Positions 24,756 through 36,885 of a DNA stretch of 64,000 bases are shown here, in pieces. The DNA comes from Podarcis muralis (lineage: Eukaryota). Location of the stretch: assembly GCF_964188315.1 (NCBI RefSeq), contig NC_135667.1, positions 12,710,001 through 12,774,000 of the forward strand, read 5' to 3'. Each line of letters begins with the position of its first letter. Position 1 is the stretch's first letter. Under the pieces are notes generated by a model. It did no database searches and was not told the origin of the DNA. It was given only the letters and a program-made list of their open reading frames with translations. The translations under genes and the position numbers were made by a program.

Positions 24756-25254
24756 CATGTCTGGGTAGGCTTGTCTAAACAACAATGTTTTTAACAAGGG
24801 CTGAACAGAGTACAGTGAAGGCAACTACTTGATGTCAACAGGCAGGGAGTTCCACAGTGTAGGTGGTGCCACACTGAAAGATTGATTTCTTATGAATGCA
24901 GAATGGGCATCCCGTAAAAGTGCCAGTTCTGCAGATCAGTGTGTGTGTGGGAAATCCTCATGAAAATTCACCAGCATTTTGGTGCTGATTTCTCCTAATA
25001 AACACACTTCTGTATGTAGTTTTGACTAAAGAACACATTTTTGCAAGCAAAGTTTCCTAGCATAATGAATTTTTGTGTGTCGTTTTCACTAGTGTATTCA
25101 TTAGCAGGCATTCTTTAACCCAGTGTATGCATTTTTGCAAACCCTGCTCTGTCAGAGAACTGCATTGCGAAAGTTCAGAGAAGTGTGAATTTCGAAGGAT
25201 GGCTGTGTTTCGGTTACCTTATTGCTTCTGAAGGTGCAAATCTGGTAGATTCAC

Positions 25255-25860
25255 TTTTATTTATTTATATTTTTTCATATAGTTTTATTTGGCTTTACAA
25301 GTTCATTCACACAAATAAAATTCTTGCAAATTTTAAAATTAGAACAAGATTCTTCCAAATCTTAGGACTTCTCTCCTCCTCTCCGTGGGTTCTTTAAATA
25401 CCCTTGTCAACTGCATATGATAAACTCATCCAGATTACATTCCTCTATTATATCCAAAGACTTTGTGACATTGCAAGAGTTATTTAAAGCCTGTCAAAGA
25501 GTTCAAGTGTTTACAGTGTTCTTTTAGATACAGTCTATATCCGTCCCATTCTCTATTGAAGTTTTGATCCTCCCAATTTCTGACTTTCCCGGTCAGTCTT
25601 GCCATCTTTGAATAGTCTAGTATTTTCATCTGCCAGTCTGCTTTCGTAGGTATCTTGTCATTTTTCCAACTCTGGGCAAGCAGCATCCTTGCAGCTGTAC
25701 ATAAGCAGTCTTTTCAATTCCTTCAGTATCTCTGCACCTACAATTCCTAACAAAAAGGCTTCTGGGTTTTGTAAACAAAAGTTATTCTAAACATTTTTAA
25801 AAGTTCATTATATATCATTTCCCAGAATTCCTTTATCGTTTTGCAATTCCACCACATATG
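25255..25860 (-). mobile_element. L1 3' fragment (ORF2 C-terminus and 3' UTR)
   Basis: Peptides HMWWNCK and LLAQSWKNDKIPTK...ILDYSKMARLTGK; T-rich tail on + strand. Confidence 0.8.
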
Positions 25861-26006
25861 ACAGAAGGTGCCCTGGAAGATTCACTTTTAAATGTGAACT
25901 GAATTGAGTTCCTTCCCCATCCCTACATACACATGACTGGCCCTGACAATGCAGTGAAAAGCAGAGAGTTAATACACGTGACGGATCATGCTCTGCTCCT
26001 GCCATG

Positions 26007-26945
26007 TCACTTCCCACCCCAGACCTTGGTTTTGGTGACCATCTTCCATATGGCAACCTTGATTTCATTGTTCCTCAGGGTGTAGATCATGGGGTTCATT
26101 AAGGGGAAGACCACAGTGTGGAAGATGGCGACCAACTTGTCGAGAGCGAAGGCCTGGAAGGGGCGGCAGTACATGTAGATTGCGGGAGCGAACATGATGA
26201 AGACGATGATGATGTGGGTGACGCACGTGGAGGCTGTCTTGCCCTTCCCTTTGGTGGAGCTGGACCTCACCTTGGACAGAAGGGCCCCGTAGGAGATGAG
26301 GAGGAGAATGAAACATATCAAAGTGGCCAAGCCGCTGTTGAAGAACATGACAAACTCCAGGTTGTATGTGTCGGTGCAGGCCAGCTTGATGATCTGGTTG
26401 ATGTCGCAGAAAAAGTTGTCCAGCTTGTTTGGGCCGCAGAAGGGGAGCTGGATGATGGGAATGAACTGGATCAGGGAATGCATTAAGCCAAGGAGCCACA
26501 CGGTTGCAACCAGTCCCCAGCAGACAGCTTTGCTCACCACGTTGCCATAACGCAGAGGGTGGCAGATGGCTACGTACCGGTCAAAGGCCATGCCAATGAG
26601 GAGGAGGAATTCGGCCGCCCCCAGCCAGTGGAGGAAGAAGATCTGGGACATGCAGCCCCAATATGAGATGGCTTTCCGCTGCGAGTACAGGTCAGACAAC
26701 ATCTTGGGCGGGGTGACTGAGCAGTAGCAGAGGTCTAGGAAGGCCAGGTTGCCCAGGAAGAAGAACATGGGGGAGCTGAGGCGGGGGTTGCTCAAGATGG
26801 TCACGATGATGAGGATGTTCACAGGCAAGATGAGGGTGTCAAAGAAGAGGAAGAGGACAAAGAGAAAGAGCTGGACCTCCCTTCTCTGAGAGAGACCCAG
26901 CAGCACAAACTCCTTCACCATCGTGGTGCGGTTGTCCCGCTCCAT
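26007..26945 (-). CDS. Olfactory receptor, class II family 4 (OR4N/OR4M-like), 312 aa, intact
   Basis: MERDNRTT start (N-glycosylation NRT); motifs SPMFFFLGNL, MAFDRYVAICHPLRY, LPFCGPNKLDNFFCD, STCVTH, PLMNPMIYTLRN. The ORF-track start at 26975 is GTG; the first ATG is at 26945. Confidence 0.95.
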   Translation of the reverse strand: MERDNRTTMVKEFVLLGLSQRREVQLFLFVLFLFFDTLILPVNILIIVTILSNPRLSSPMFFFLGNLAFLDLCYCSVTPPKMLSDLYSQRKAISYWGCMSQIFFLHWLGAAEFLLLIGMAFDRYVAICHPLRYGNVVSKAVCWGLVATVWLLGLMHSLIQFIPIIQLPFCGPNKLDNFFCDINQIIKLACTDTYNLEFVMFFNSGLATLICFILLLISYGALLSKVRSSSTKGKGKTASTCVTHIIIVFIMFAPAIYMYCRPFQAFALDKLVAIFHTVVFPLMNPMIYTLRNNEIKVAIWKMVTKTKVWGGK

Positions 26946-27901
26946 CCTCTTGGGGTTGCCTCCTGCAACAAACACTCACACACATCCTCACACTGGAAGG
27001 ACTGCAAGCTCTGCACGAATCACCAACATGAAACAGCTTTTAAAACCTGGATCCGCTAGAGAGGACAAGGTGCAGGCTTGAGGGATTTACTTTGAATTTA
27101 ACTAAAACAGGGGTGGAAAGCCTCAGGCTTGGGGACTGAATGTGGCCCCAAGGCCTTGCTATCTGGCCCTTGGAATTCTCTGCTGGTTGACTGGTCTTGA
27201 AACAGTAGACCAGGCTCCCCCAACATGGTGGTCTCCATATGTTCTTGGACAACAGCTCCCATTTTCCCTCACAATGGACCATACCGACTGGGGATGATGG
27301 GAGCTAGGGTCCAATGACATGTTGAGCAGTTATGGCTGGTCCATCAGGCTGAATGGGGCATTGACCTACCAACCTTATTCTGCTTTCAGCCAGCCCTCAC
27401 CTGCTTTCTTTTTTGCCTACAACCAACTAAGTAGATGGACTTGGCTGCCAGCTTCTTCCTCTTCAGTCTCAGGACCCATCATGTAAAGCAGTATTATACC
27501 ACTTAAGTATATATTTAAAGCAATATCAAACCACTTTAAACAGCCATGACCCCCCCCCCCAATATCCGGAGAACTGTGGTTTGTTAAAGGAGCTGAGAGT
27601 TTATCCCCTTTCCCTTCACACAGCTACAATACAATTTCAGAGAGGTTTAACAAGCAATCCCTCTTCCCAGACACCTAGAGCTTCTCCTCCTTTCAGCTAA
27701 GAACAAGTGTATTGCCTGCCAGGTTTGTTTGACCACAACAGTGGGACAAAAAAAGAGGTGGGAATGAGTCATAGATTTCTTAATGGAATCTATTGTAAGA
27801 TTGGAGGGCTTGGCAGGAGAGGTTCAATGGGCTCGATGGACTGCTTAAAATTGGTCAAACATAGAATCATAGACCTGTAGAGTTGGAAGAGACACCAAGG
27901 G

Positions 27902-27991
27902 CATAGCTGTCAACGTTTCCCTTTTTTAAAGGGAAATTCCCTTATTCCGAATAGGATTCCTCGCAAGAAAAGGGAAAAGTTGACAGCTATG
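27902..27991. mobile_element. 90-bp hAT MITE inside a CR1-type tail
   Basis: TIR CATAGCTGTCAAC; perfect TSD ACCAAGGG. Confidence 0.85.
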
Positions 27992-28362
27992 ACCAAGGGT
28001 CATTCTGCCAATGCAGGAATCTTGCACATAGTTGCTACTGAAGCATGTTGGTCAGGCATATCCATTTGTGATGTAAACTGCAGGCAATGTATTAATGTGG
28101 GAACTAAATCGTTAAGCAATTGTATCTCGATGCAGGATTATTTGGGGGGGGGGAGTGTTCTGAAAAGAACAAGCAGAGAAGGGAGAAGACCCTGCGCCCA
28201 GCTCAAGATGGGGGTGGATATGTGTTTGCGAATGAAGCGAGCAGAACAGAGTGCATTTGTATGAGAGAGAAAGGCACAGAGAGCCTGAGCTTGGGTTCTG
28301 AAAGCATCTCAGGGGCTTGGCTGTCGCTCTAGAGATCTGATGTGGGAGCCATGTGAAAAGTA

Positions 28363-28620
28363 CCATATTTTTGCTCTATAAGACTCACTTTTTCCCTCCT
28401 AAAAAGTAAGGGGAAATGTGTGTGCATCTTATGGAGCCAATGCAGGCTGCGCAGCTATCCCAGAAGCCAGAACAGCAAGGGGGATCACTGCTTTCGCTGC
28501 GCAGCAATCCCTCTTGTTGTTCTGGCTTCTGAGATTCAGAATATTTTTTTTCTTGTTTTCCTCCTCTAAAAACTAGGTGCGTCTTATGGTCTGGTGCGTC
28601 TTATAGAGTGAAAAATATGG
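28363..28620. mobile_element. pogo/Tigger-like MITE with internal hairpin
   Basis: TIR CCATATTTTTGCTCTATAAGAC / GTCTTATAGAGTGAAAAATATGG; TA on the left, TG on the right. Confidence 0.7.
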
Positions 28621-29030
28621 TGCTTAGGTTCTATGGGCAACTTGTACGTCTGTAAATATTTACCAAATGCCCACAAACCTGCAGTAACCTCCTTCCAAAG
28701 AGAAGCAAAGCCAGGTTAAGTGCAGCACCCTGAGAACATTTCACCATCCAGAGATATGCTTCCCACGCAGAAAGTCTCAGAATTCAATCCCCAGCATATT
28801 TAAGGAATGTAAAGTAGTAAGTGGTGTGAAGGACCCCTTGTTGGAAGCCAAGAGTCACTGCCTACCAGAACAGACATTACTTGGCCAGATGGATAAATGG
28901 TCTCACTATAAGACAGCTTCATTTATTCCTATTCGAATGAGCTCCAAACACTGAGCTACAGCATGCACAGTAGACCATTGCAGGAGCAACGTGCTGACAA
29001 CCTCCATTTGCAAGAGTTGCAATTGAAATA

Positions 29031-29172
29031 ATAGAATCATAGAATTGGAAGAGACCCCAAGGATCATCTAATCCAACCCCCTGCAATGCAGGAATATGTA
29101 GCTGTCTCACACAGGGATTGAACTAGCAACCTTGGCATTATCAGCAGTTTGCTCAAACCAACTGAGCTGTCT
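29031..29172 (-). mobile_element. tRNA(Ile-like)-head / CR1-tail SINE
   Basis: On - strand: AGCTCAGTTGG...GCTGATAATGCCAAGGTTGCTAGTTCAATCCC head plus CR1 tail TTCTATGATTCTAT. Confidence 0.65.
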
Positions 29173-29477
29173 GGGCATATAGTGCACTCTTCCTATGTCT
29201 GATGTACTTCCTAGCAAAGAGGGGAGATTGTTTTGCCCTCTGTTCATTGTGTGATGGATGAACATAAGATGAGTCCTGCTGGATCAGGCAAGTGGTACAT
29301 CTAGCACAGCACCCTGTTCTCACAGTGTTCAAGCAGATGTCTAAGGGAAGACCTGAGCACAGCAACACCCCCCTTCTGTGGTTTCCATCATTCATCGACT
29401 GGTATTCAGTCTTCAACAGTGGAAGTAGAACACAGCCATCAGGGTTAGGAGTCACTGATAGCCTTATCCTCCCATAG

Positions 29478-29521
29478 ATGGATGGATGGATGGATGGATG
29501 GATGAATGAATGAATGAACAA

Positions 29522-29565
<44 letters not shown>
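29478..29565. repeat. Compound (TGGA)n(TGAA)n(TAGA)n microsatellite
   Basis: Read directly from the sequence. Confidence 0.95.
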
Positions 29566-29685
29566 CTTATGACCTTCTCATGGGCATCTGGGAAAAGAAA
29601 AGAAACCAGGGCTTTTGCATCTTTAACAGTTGTCTAGGAGAGGGAATTTCAGCAGGTATAGCAGGAATGAGAAGCTGAAATTCTC

Positions 29686-30075
29686 ATTACCGACGAAAGA
29701 ATGGCAAATGAAATTAATGGACTATGCAGAATTAGATAAATTAACAGGAAGGATTTGAAACCTGCGGGACCAGAGATTCTTAGAAGACTGGAGTAAATAT
29801 CTGAGCTATTTGAAAAGCAATTGTAATAAGCAGATTACGCTAGTAGGACTGCAAGAAGTTCTGTAAGGAGGATTATATGAAATATTGCAAGGAAGACTAT
29901 GAAGAGAGTTATTAGTTAATGGCAATTAAAAGTAATAGAGAAATTAAGAAATGCAGAATAAGTGATAAAGAACGGAAAATCTTCAGAGGTTGTTGACGGA
30001 AGTCTAAAATATTGTATAAGATAAGAAGTTATGTTAAAGGACTGTTGGAAATGATACGTTAAATATATATATAAA
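29686..30075 (+). mobile_element. 5'-truncated L1
   Basis: MKLMDYAELDKLTG peptide; perfect 17-bp TSD GAGAAGCTGAAATTCTC (29669-29685, 30076-30092). Confidence 0.85.
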
Positions 30076-30505
30076 GAGAAGCTGAAATTCTCTGTTCTAT
30101 GACCTATTAGAGCAGGAGGAGCCCCATCCTGAATTTTCACCCGGTTTCCTGAACCAGACCTAGACATGCTTTCCACAAGGCTGCTGTGTCATAGTCTAGG
30201 CCCTTTCAAAATAGTTTAAAGCTCAAACAATCTTAGGTTCAAATAAGACACAGGTAGACACTGGAGGCATGGTTGATTAGCAGAATAGGATGTGAAGAGA
30301 GAGAGAGAGAGAATCAATGAAGGAAAGGCAGAAGAGGAGCATCAGGAATGACTTACCATGCAGGATCTTGGTGCGACAAGAGATGCCCTTAGTTGGCCAC
30401 ATACTTGTAGGAGATCGTCTTGTGGTAGAAGAAGAAGTCAGCAAGCATCCTGTCTAAAACTCTGGAGAGCCACAGCCAATCAGTGTGGAAAATATTGAAC
30501 TAGAT

Positions 30506-30641
30506 CAGGCACCCCCAAACTCGGCCCTCCAGATGTTTTGGAACTACAACTCCCATCATCCCTAGCTAATAGGACCAGTGGTCAGGGATGATGGGAACTG
30601 TAGTCCCAAAACATCTGGAGGGCTGAGTTTGGGGATGCCTG
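30506..30641. mobile_element. Palindromic hAT MITE
   Basis: Long inverted arms; perfect 8-bp TSD AACTAGAT. Confidence 0.85.
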
Positions 30642-31296
30642 AACTAGATGTTCCAATGACTCAGTAGAACATAGTTTCCTATGTACCCATGTCAAGAAAG
30701 AAAAGCTTAAGATATGATGTCTGTTACATTAACTATGACTTGAAGGACCTGCCACAAAATGCTGCAGCACAGACTTCTGTTATTTAGGGGGCATCAAATC
30801 ATCAAAAAATGAAACGGGAGCAAATTATGGGGACCTTTGTCCCGTGGTGAATGATGATGATTGAGAAAATAATATTTTTACAACCCCCCCCCCCCAATCA
30901 TGAAGCAGCCTCATTGCCACAACCCAGTGCAGGAAGTATCACAGAAACTTGAGGCATCCCAAGAGTGGTTACCCAATCTCTAGGAGGCTGTTCATATGCT
31001 ATCACCCCCTTTCTGAAAGCGTTAGAGAGCAAATAATGCCTATTCTGCCCATGAGACTAAAAAGAAAGCCCTACCAGACCTGACCAAAGCTCCACCTGGT
31101 GCAGTATCCTCTTCTCACAGTCATCAACAAGATGTTCACGGGAAGCCACTACTCGCTCCCTTCCTATTGGCTTCAGCAGCTGCCTCTGACAGTGGAGGAA
31201 GTGCATAGCCTTTGTGGCTTTGGGCCATTCCTGGTTGCATCCATGAATGTGTCTAATCCTCTTCTAAATCCATCCCAGCTGGCAACCATCATTATA

Positions 31297-32643
31297 CAGT
31301 GGTGCCTCGCAAGACGAAATTAATTCGTTCCGCAAGTCTCTTCGTCCTGCGAGTTTTTCGTCTTGCGATGCACGGTTTCCCATAGGAATGCATTGAAAAT
31401 CAATTAATGCGTTCCTAGGGAAACCGCCTTCAGACCAGGTCCGGGGACAGTCTGTCCCCCGACCTCTTCTGAAGGCTGGGAGGGGGGGCGAAAGTCTTTG
31501 CTCCCCCCCGCCTGCATTCAAAAGCCCTCCGGGACAGCGGAGAAACGCGCTGCGTTTCTCCGCTCTCCCGGGAAGGCAGGCAGGGGGGAGCAAAGACTTC
31601 CCCCCCCCCGCTGGCCTTCAGAAGAGGTCCAGGACCTCTTCTGAAGGCTGGCGGGGGGCGAAAGTCTTTGCTCCCCCCTGCCTTCAAAAGCTGTCCGCCC
31701 AGGCTTCGCGGACCTCTCCGCAAGCAGCGGCAGCGCTGCCGCTGCTTGCGTAGAGATGCCGGCATGCCGAAGCCTGGGCGCACCGAGATCAGTGCGCCCA
31801 GGCTTCGCGGACCTCTCCGCAAGCAGTGGCAGCGCTGCCACTGCTTGCGGAGAGATGCCGGCATGCCGAAGCCTGGGCGCGCTGAGATCAGCGCGCCCAG
31901 GCTTCGCGGCCCCGCCCCCGGCATCGGGGCATGGTCCCGATGGCGGGCGGCAGGGGGAGGCGTTCCCGCCCCACCGCCCGGCATCGGGGCATGGTCCCGA
32001 TGGCGGGCGGCGGGGGTAGGCGTTCCTGCCCGTCCACCGGCATCGGGGCATGGTCCCGATGGCGCGCGGCGGGGGGAGGCGTTCCCGCCCGGCATGGGGC
32101 ATGTTCCGGGGCTTTTAAATTGCCCCGGAACAGCGGAGAAGTCCCCCGCTGTCCCGGGGCTTTTTAAAATGCTGGCGGGACAGCGGAGGCTTCGCTCCCG
32201 CACGCCAGCATTTTAAGATCGCCCCGGACAGCGGAGAAGTCCCCCGCTGTCCCGGGGCTTTTTAAAATGCTGGCGGGACAGCGGAGGCTTCGCTCCCGCC
32301 CGCCAGCATTTTAAGATCGCTCCGGACAGCGGAGAAGTCCCCCGCTGTCCTGGGGCTTTTTAAAATGCTGGCGGGCGACAGCGGAGGCTTCGCTCCCACA
32401 CGCCAGCATTTTAAGATCGCCCCGGACAGCGGAGAAGTCCCCCGCTGTCCCGGGGCTTTTTAAAATGCTGGCGGGCAACAGCGGAGGCGCTTCCCCGCTG
32501 TCCCGGAGATTTCCCTATGGGCTTTCGTCTTGCGAAGCAAGCCCATAGGGAACTTCGTCTTGCGAAGCGCCTCCAAAACGGAAAACCCTTTCGTCTAGCG
32601 GGTTTTCCGTCTTGCGAGGCGTTCGTCTTGCGGGGTACCACTG
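31297..32643. mobile_element. Non-autonomous Tc1/mariner element (1347 bp) filled with GC-rich hairpin minisatellites
   Basis: 22-bp TIR CAGTGGTGCCTCGCAAGACGAA (2 mismatches), TA TSD at 31295-31296 and 32644-32645; internal arrays of 99-, 60- and about 99-bp units; no transposase ORF. Confidence 0.85.
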
Positions 32644-33432
32644 TATCTTGTAGGAGCCAATTTCATAGTTTAACTATGAGCTGTGTAAAGAGGAGCTCTC
32701 TTTTGCCTGTCCTGGATCTTCCAACATTTCTCCTCATTGGATAGCCCTGCATTCTTCTATTGTGAGAAAGGGAGACAATATTATTCCTATTTGCTTTCTC
32801 CACACTGTACATAATCTTCTACACCCCTGTCACCCCATCCCTTGCCCTTCAACTTATCTTATGTACTGAAAAGTCCCCAATGTTTTAACCACATGTGAGT
32901 TGCTCCAATCCTTGGATCATATTGGTTGCCTCCAAATCCTGAACCTCTAGGTTGAAACCAGCCACTCTTACGTTGCAAGGGGGACTTCAGATGCTCAACA
33001 AGAAGGACAATAAATGAAGGGGGGGAAACACTGAATGACAAAAATAAAATAAAAATAACTCATCGTTTCCTGCTTTGTTGAGAAAAGGAAGACCTGCGGC
33101 CTGTCAGATGCTGTGTTTTCCACGTGCCGCAACCCTAAAATCCCATCTAGCCCAATAAGGAGAATTGATGATGATGGGACCTGTTCAGAGCTTACTCTGG
33201 ACTCAAGCCCAGTCCAGCGACCAGGGACCTTGTTAAAAAGTTAGTAGCTGAAGTTTGCATGTGATGGAGCTGTATCCTGGGGGGAAGAGGGGGGAATATA
33301 GGAGAGTGACTGAAAGATGCACTTCATTTAGTTTTGTCCATCCCAGTGGTATGTTGCTTGGCTTACCTGCTCAAGAAAAAGTTTACATCCATGCATCCAT
33401 GCCCTTGAAAATTGTACATGATTTGATGACGA

Positions 33433-33434
33433 CG

Positions 33435-33485
<51 letters not shown>

Positions 33486-33713
33486 TATTACTTATACCCC
33501 GCTCACCTCGCCAGGCCTCCCCAGCCACTCCGGGCGTCTTCCAACAGGATATTAAAAACACAATAAAACATCAAACATTAAACAGTACCCTAAACAGGGC
33601 TGACTTCAGATATCTTCTAAAAGTCAGATAGTTGTTTATTTCCTTGACATCTGGTGGGAGGGCGTTCCACAGGGTGGGTGCCACTACTGAGAAGGCCTCT
33701 GCCTGGTTCCCTG
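33433..33713 (-). mobile_element. L2 3' end with (TTG)n tail
   Basis: Same family; (CAA)n on + strand at 33433-33483. Confidence 0.75.
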
Positions 33714-34168
33714 TCTGACCCCTTGTTTTTACTGCAGTAGCCAGCAAACCAGGGCATGTGTGTGTTTGTGGAGAACATCATGCTTGGGGACCAAATGCAA
33801 CTCCATCTGGCCCTTGAAACTCTCCTCAGGCCACACCCCTCACATGCCCTTGCCATCGCCCATCATGCGCAGTAGCCTAAGGCGCAAAGAGGGAAGTAGA
33901 AGGTTGGGGGTAATGAAACTCTTATGTTGGGGGAGGTCCAAGAAAAGACCACTCCCGGATTCTGTTAGCGCTTGAGCCAGACCTGAGCTTTGAGGCTCTT
34001 CACTAAATAGTTTGCGCCAAAACTCTCGAGCAACTGCAACAGCCACCTGACAGGTACTAAGTGCATTGCAAGCAGCAATTGACATTCCGGCTGATTTTCT
34101 TGCAATGTCTCCCTGGACTCAGTTACATTAATAAAGATACAGCAATTTGAATGCGCTATAAACATACA

Positions 34169-34182
34169 ACACCAGATGGCGC
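34169..34182 (+). promoter_or_regulatory. Candidate CTCF site
   Basis: ACACCAGATGGCGC has one mismatch to the consensus. Confidence 0.45.
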
Positions 34183-35271
34183 CAGAGAACAAGAAATTTT
34201 AAAACACAGTTTTTCATAGAGATTTCTTTCTTTTTTTATAATGATCTAATCTCTGACTTATTTATAGCACTTTTCCCCTGTGTCTAGATCCATCCCCTTT
34301 AATTATTCATTTGCGGCGCCGGGGTGTAAAGATCCGCCTGGTGCCCCCCCCCCCCGTTGCCCTGTCCCAGGCGTGCAAGACAGCAGAGCCAGCCAGCCTC
34401 TTCAGCGTCTCGCTGGCTTGCCCCCCCCCCCAAACTGGCGGTGCAGAGCTGCCCACAGCAGAAGAGCCCACCGCAGCGCTCCAACTGGCAGATGGGCTCT
34501 TCCCCAGACTCAACTCTCAGGCCCCAGACACAGCCTTGCATCCCTAAGAGCCTGGCACCTGGGTGTCCTGCACCACTAGCACCTATGGGTAAGACGGCCC
34601 TGCCCTCCCACCTTTGCTGCACCATAGCCCCTCTGAACAGCAATAATGTGGTAGCACTGGAGAAGCATCACAGAGCAGCTAGTGAAGCAGAATAAGTCAA
34701 CCAATGCATTGTTATAGTGTCAAGAATTTTTTGCAGAATGCACCTGCAATAAAACACCAGTCTGGAAGGTCCCCTAGCATTTGTGATAGCAATTGGGTTG
34801 AATCAGTCAGTCAGCTGATATTCACACTAGGATTTTCATCTGAATTTTGTTAAGGAGGTTTAAAGAGAAAGCTTTGGGCTCAGGGAAGCAGCATTTGTTT
34901 ATTTCATTTGCTTAGCAAGAATTATACACCACTTCATCGAAAATTTAAAAAACACACAAATTCCTAAGTTGCTTACATACAATGATATAAAATATTCCTT
35001 AAAAACAGGAATAAAAATGGATTTCAAAAAGCAGTAGGCCTGGTAAAATTATCAAAACATATATGGTGTTGTAATTAATAATTGCAACAATTTGGAGATG
35101 ATCTGTCTGGCTTTCTGAGAGACTGTTCAAATCAGCACAAATCATTGCAAATTGATTTGAGGCAACCTGATCTTCTCTCTAGTGATTTGTAATTTGCTTC
35201 AACTGGATCCAGACAGGGCACAAATCAGCCCAAATTGGCCAAATCAGGATTTGGCTGAATCTGGTGCACTG

Positions 35272-35307
<36 letters not shown>

Positions 35308-36677
35308 ATGTGGTGGAATTGTGTGGGCAAACGAAATACAGATTGTGTACTTGAAACAAAGACTGTTACAAACTTAAATGTATGTGAAATCATGAAAAGT
35401 GACCATCCACAAAGTAGTATTGATACCAACCGCCAAATCCTGGCATTGGTAGCTAATTAATACCTATAGTGGGAGGTTTCGATACATATATAACTACACC
35501 CATTATCTCGATTCAGGCCGTTGAACTAATGGACACCTGCCCCACCCAATGCATATCATATAAACAAGGCAACATAACTGTTCATGCATCTGATAGACTC
35601 TAGTCTGCAAAGGTTTATGCTATCATGATTAGAGAATAGAGAACCAAGAAAAGAGAGAATATAGAGAACATAGAGACTATAACCACTTTGAGAATGAACA
35701 AATTAAAATACAGAGAACAGGGATAGACATATACTAATATCAAACTTAGGTGCTGAGCTATGTTGGCTTAATACTTTTCCTAATAAAGGTGGAGAGTAGA
35801 GCTAGCAGCAGTATCAGTCCCTGCTGCTTTTTCCTTGAATTTCAAGGGAAAAGGGCTCAGGAAAACACCCTCCCTTCCCCTAATACTTTGGTGGCTGGCT
35901 ACCTTCCAAAAAGGCTTTGTCGGAAATGTGCGCTTGATCCCAGATCCCCCTGCCTTGCTTTTTCCTCATTAACTGTATGTGACTGAAGGTCATTTCTCCC
36001 TCCTTCATCACCCTGGTCAGCACACACAAAACCAGACTGGGAAAAATAAATAAAAACTACCACCCCCTTAGAAGAAACCTCAGTTTCCAGCACCAACAAA
36101 TGTTTGCCTGCTTGTCAGCAACTGTCATGGTGCCAAGCACAGAATGAAGTGACCATACACAGTGCATTTTATCTTCTGCAGAGGGAACCCAAAACCCTTC
36201 CCCAAACCTCTGGCCGACACACATAGATCATACTGAAAAAGTGGGAGACGTTTCATCAATTCCCTCCCCACCTGCAACCCAACCCCCATCTTTGGTTGCC
36301 ACTAGATGTTTGGTAAGGATTAACCCTGTTCATCTCAGTTATGTGGGACTGATAAAACCTAAAGCATAAGGATTGTGCAGGACTATTTTGAAAGGAAAAG
36401 AGGATGAAGAATAAGTTTGAATCTTTCCTCTGCAAAGCAGTCTGTGCTGTAGGGATGGGGGAGAAATTCAATTTGCATTGGATTTGAATGCAAAGCTAGC
36501 CTAATCCATGTTTTCCAAAATAATATGCAAACCAAAACACAGCTCAGTTTTGAAATTCACACTTTTTGAGGACTGTTCTTCAAAATAGCTGCCCCTATGC
36601 TTAAGGATTTATAAGGCAAAAGCCACACAATAATGAGGAGTCCGGTGTGAGCTACTGGTGTGAATGTCCCCTTATTA

Positions 36678-36885
36678 AGCCAGTGTGCTGTACTGGTTAG
36701 AGTATCAGACCAGGACCTGGCAGACTAGGGTTCAAATCCCCAATCAGCCATGAAGCACACAGCCTCTCAGCCTAACCTACCTCACAGGGTCGTTGTGAGG
36801 ATAACACAAGGAAGGGGAGAGCCACATATGCAACACTGAGCTCCTTGGAGGAGAGGTGAGACACAAATTCAATTAAAAAATAAAT
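36678..36885 (+). mobile_element. Older CORE/L2-tail SINE copy
   Basis: AGCCAGTGTG...GGGTTCAAATCCCC head, CCTACCTCACAGGGTCGTTGTGAGGA body, A-rich end. Confidence 0.55.

Noticed and set aside
26118-26550. Antisense and alternative-frame ORFs over OR genes (also at 37.4-38.2, 45.2, 52.4 and 58.2 kb)
   Set aside because: Shadows of OR codon usage.
31430-32216. ORFs of 182-257 aa on both strands
   Set aside because: Produced by GC-rich repeats with unit lengths divisible by three inside a transposon; no transposase motifs.
32123-32500. CRISPR-like array
   Set aside because: Eukaryotic tandem repeats without unique spacers; no cas genes.
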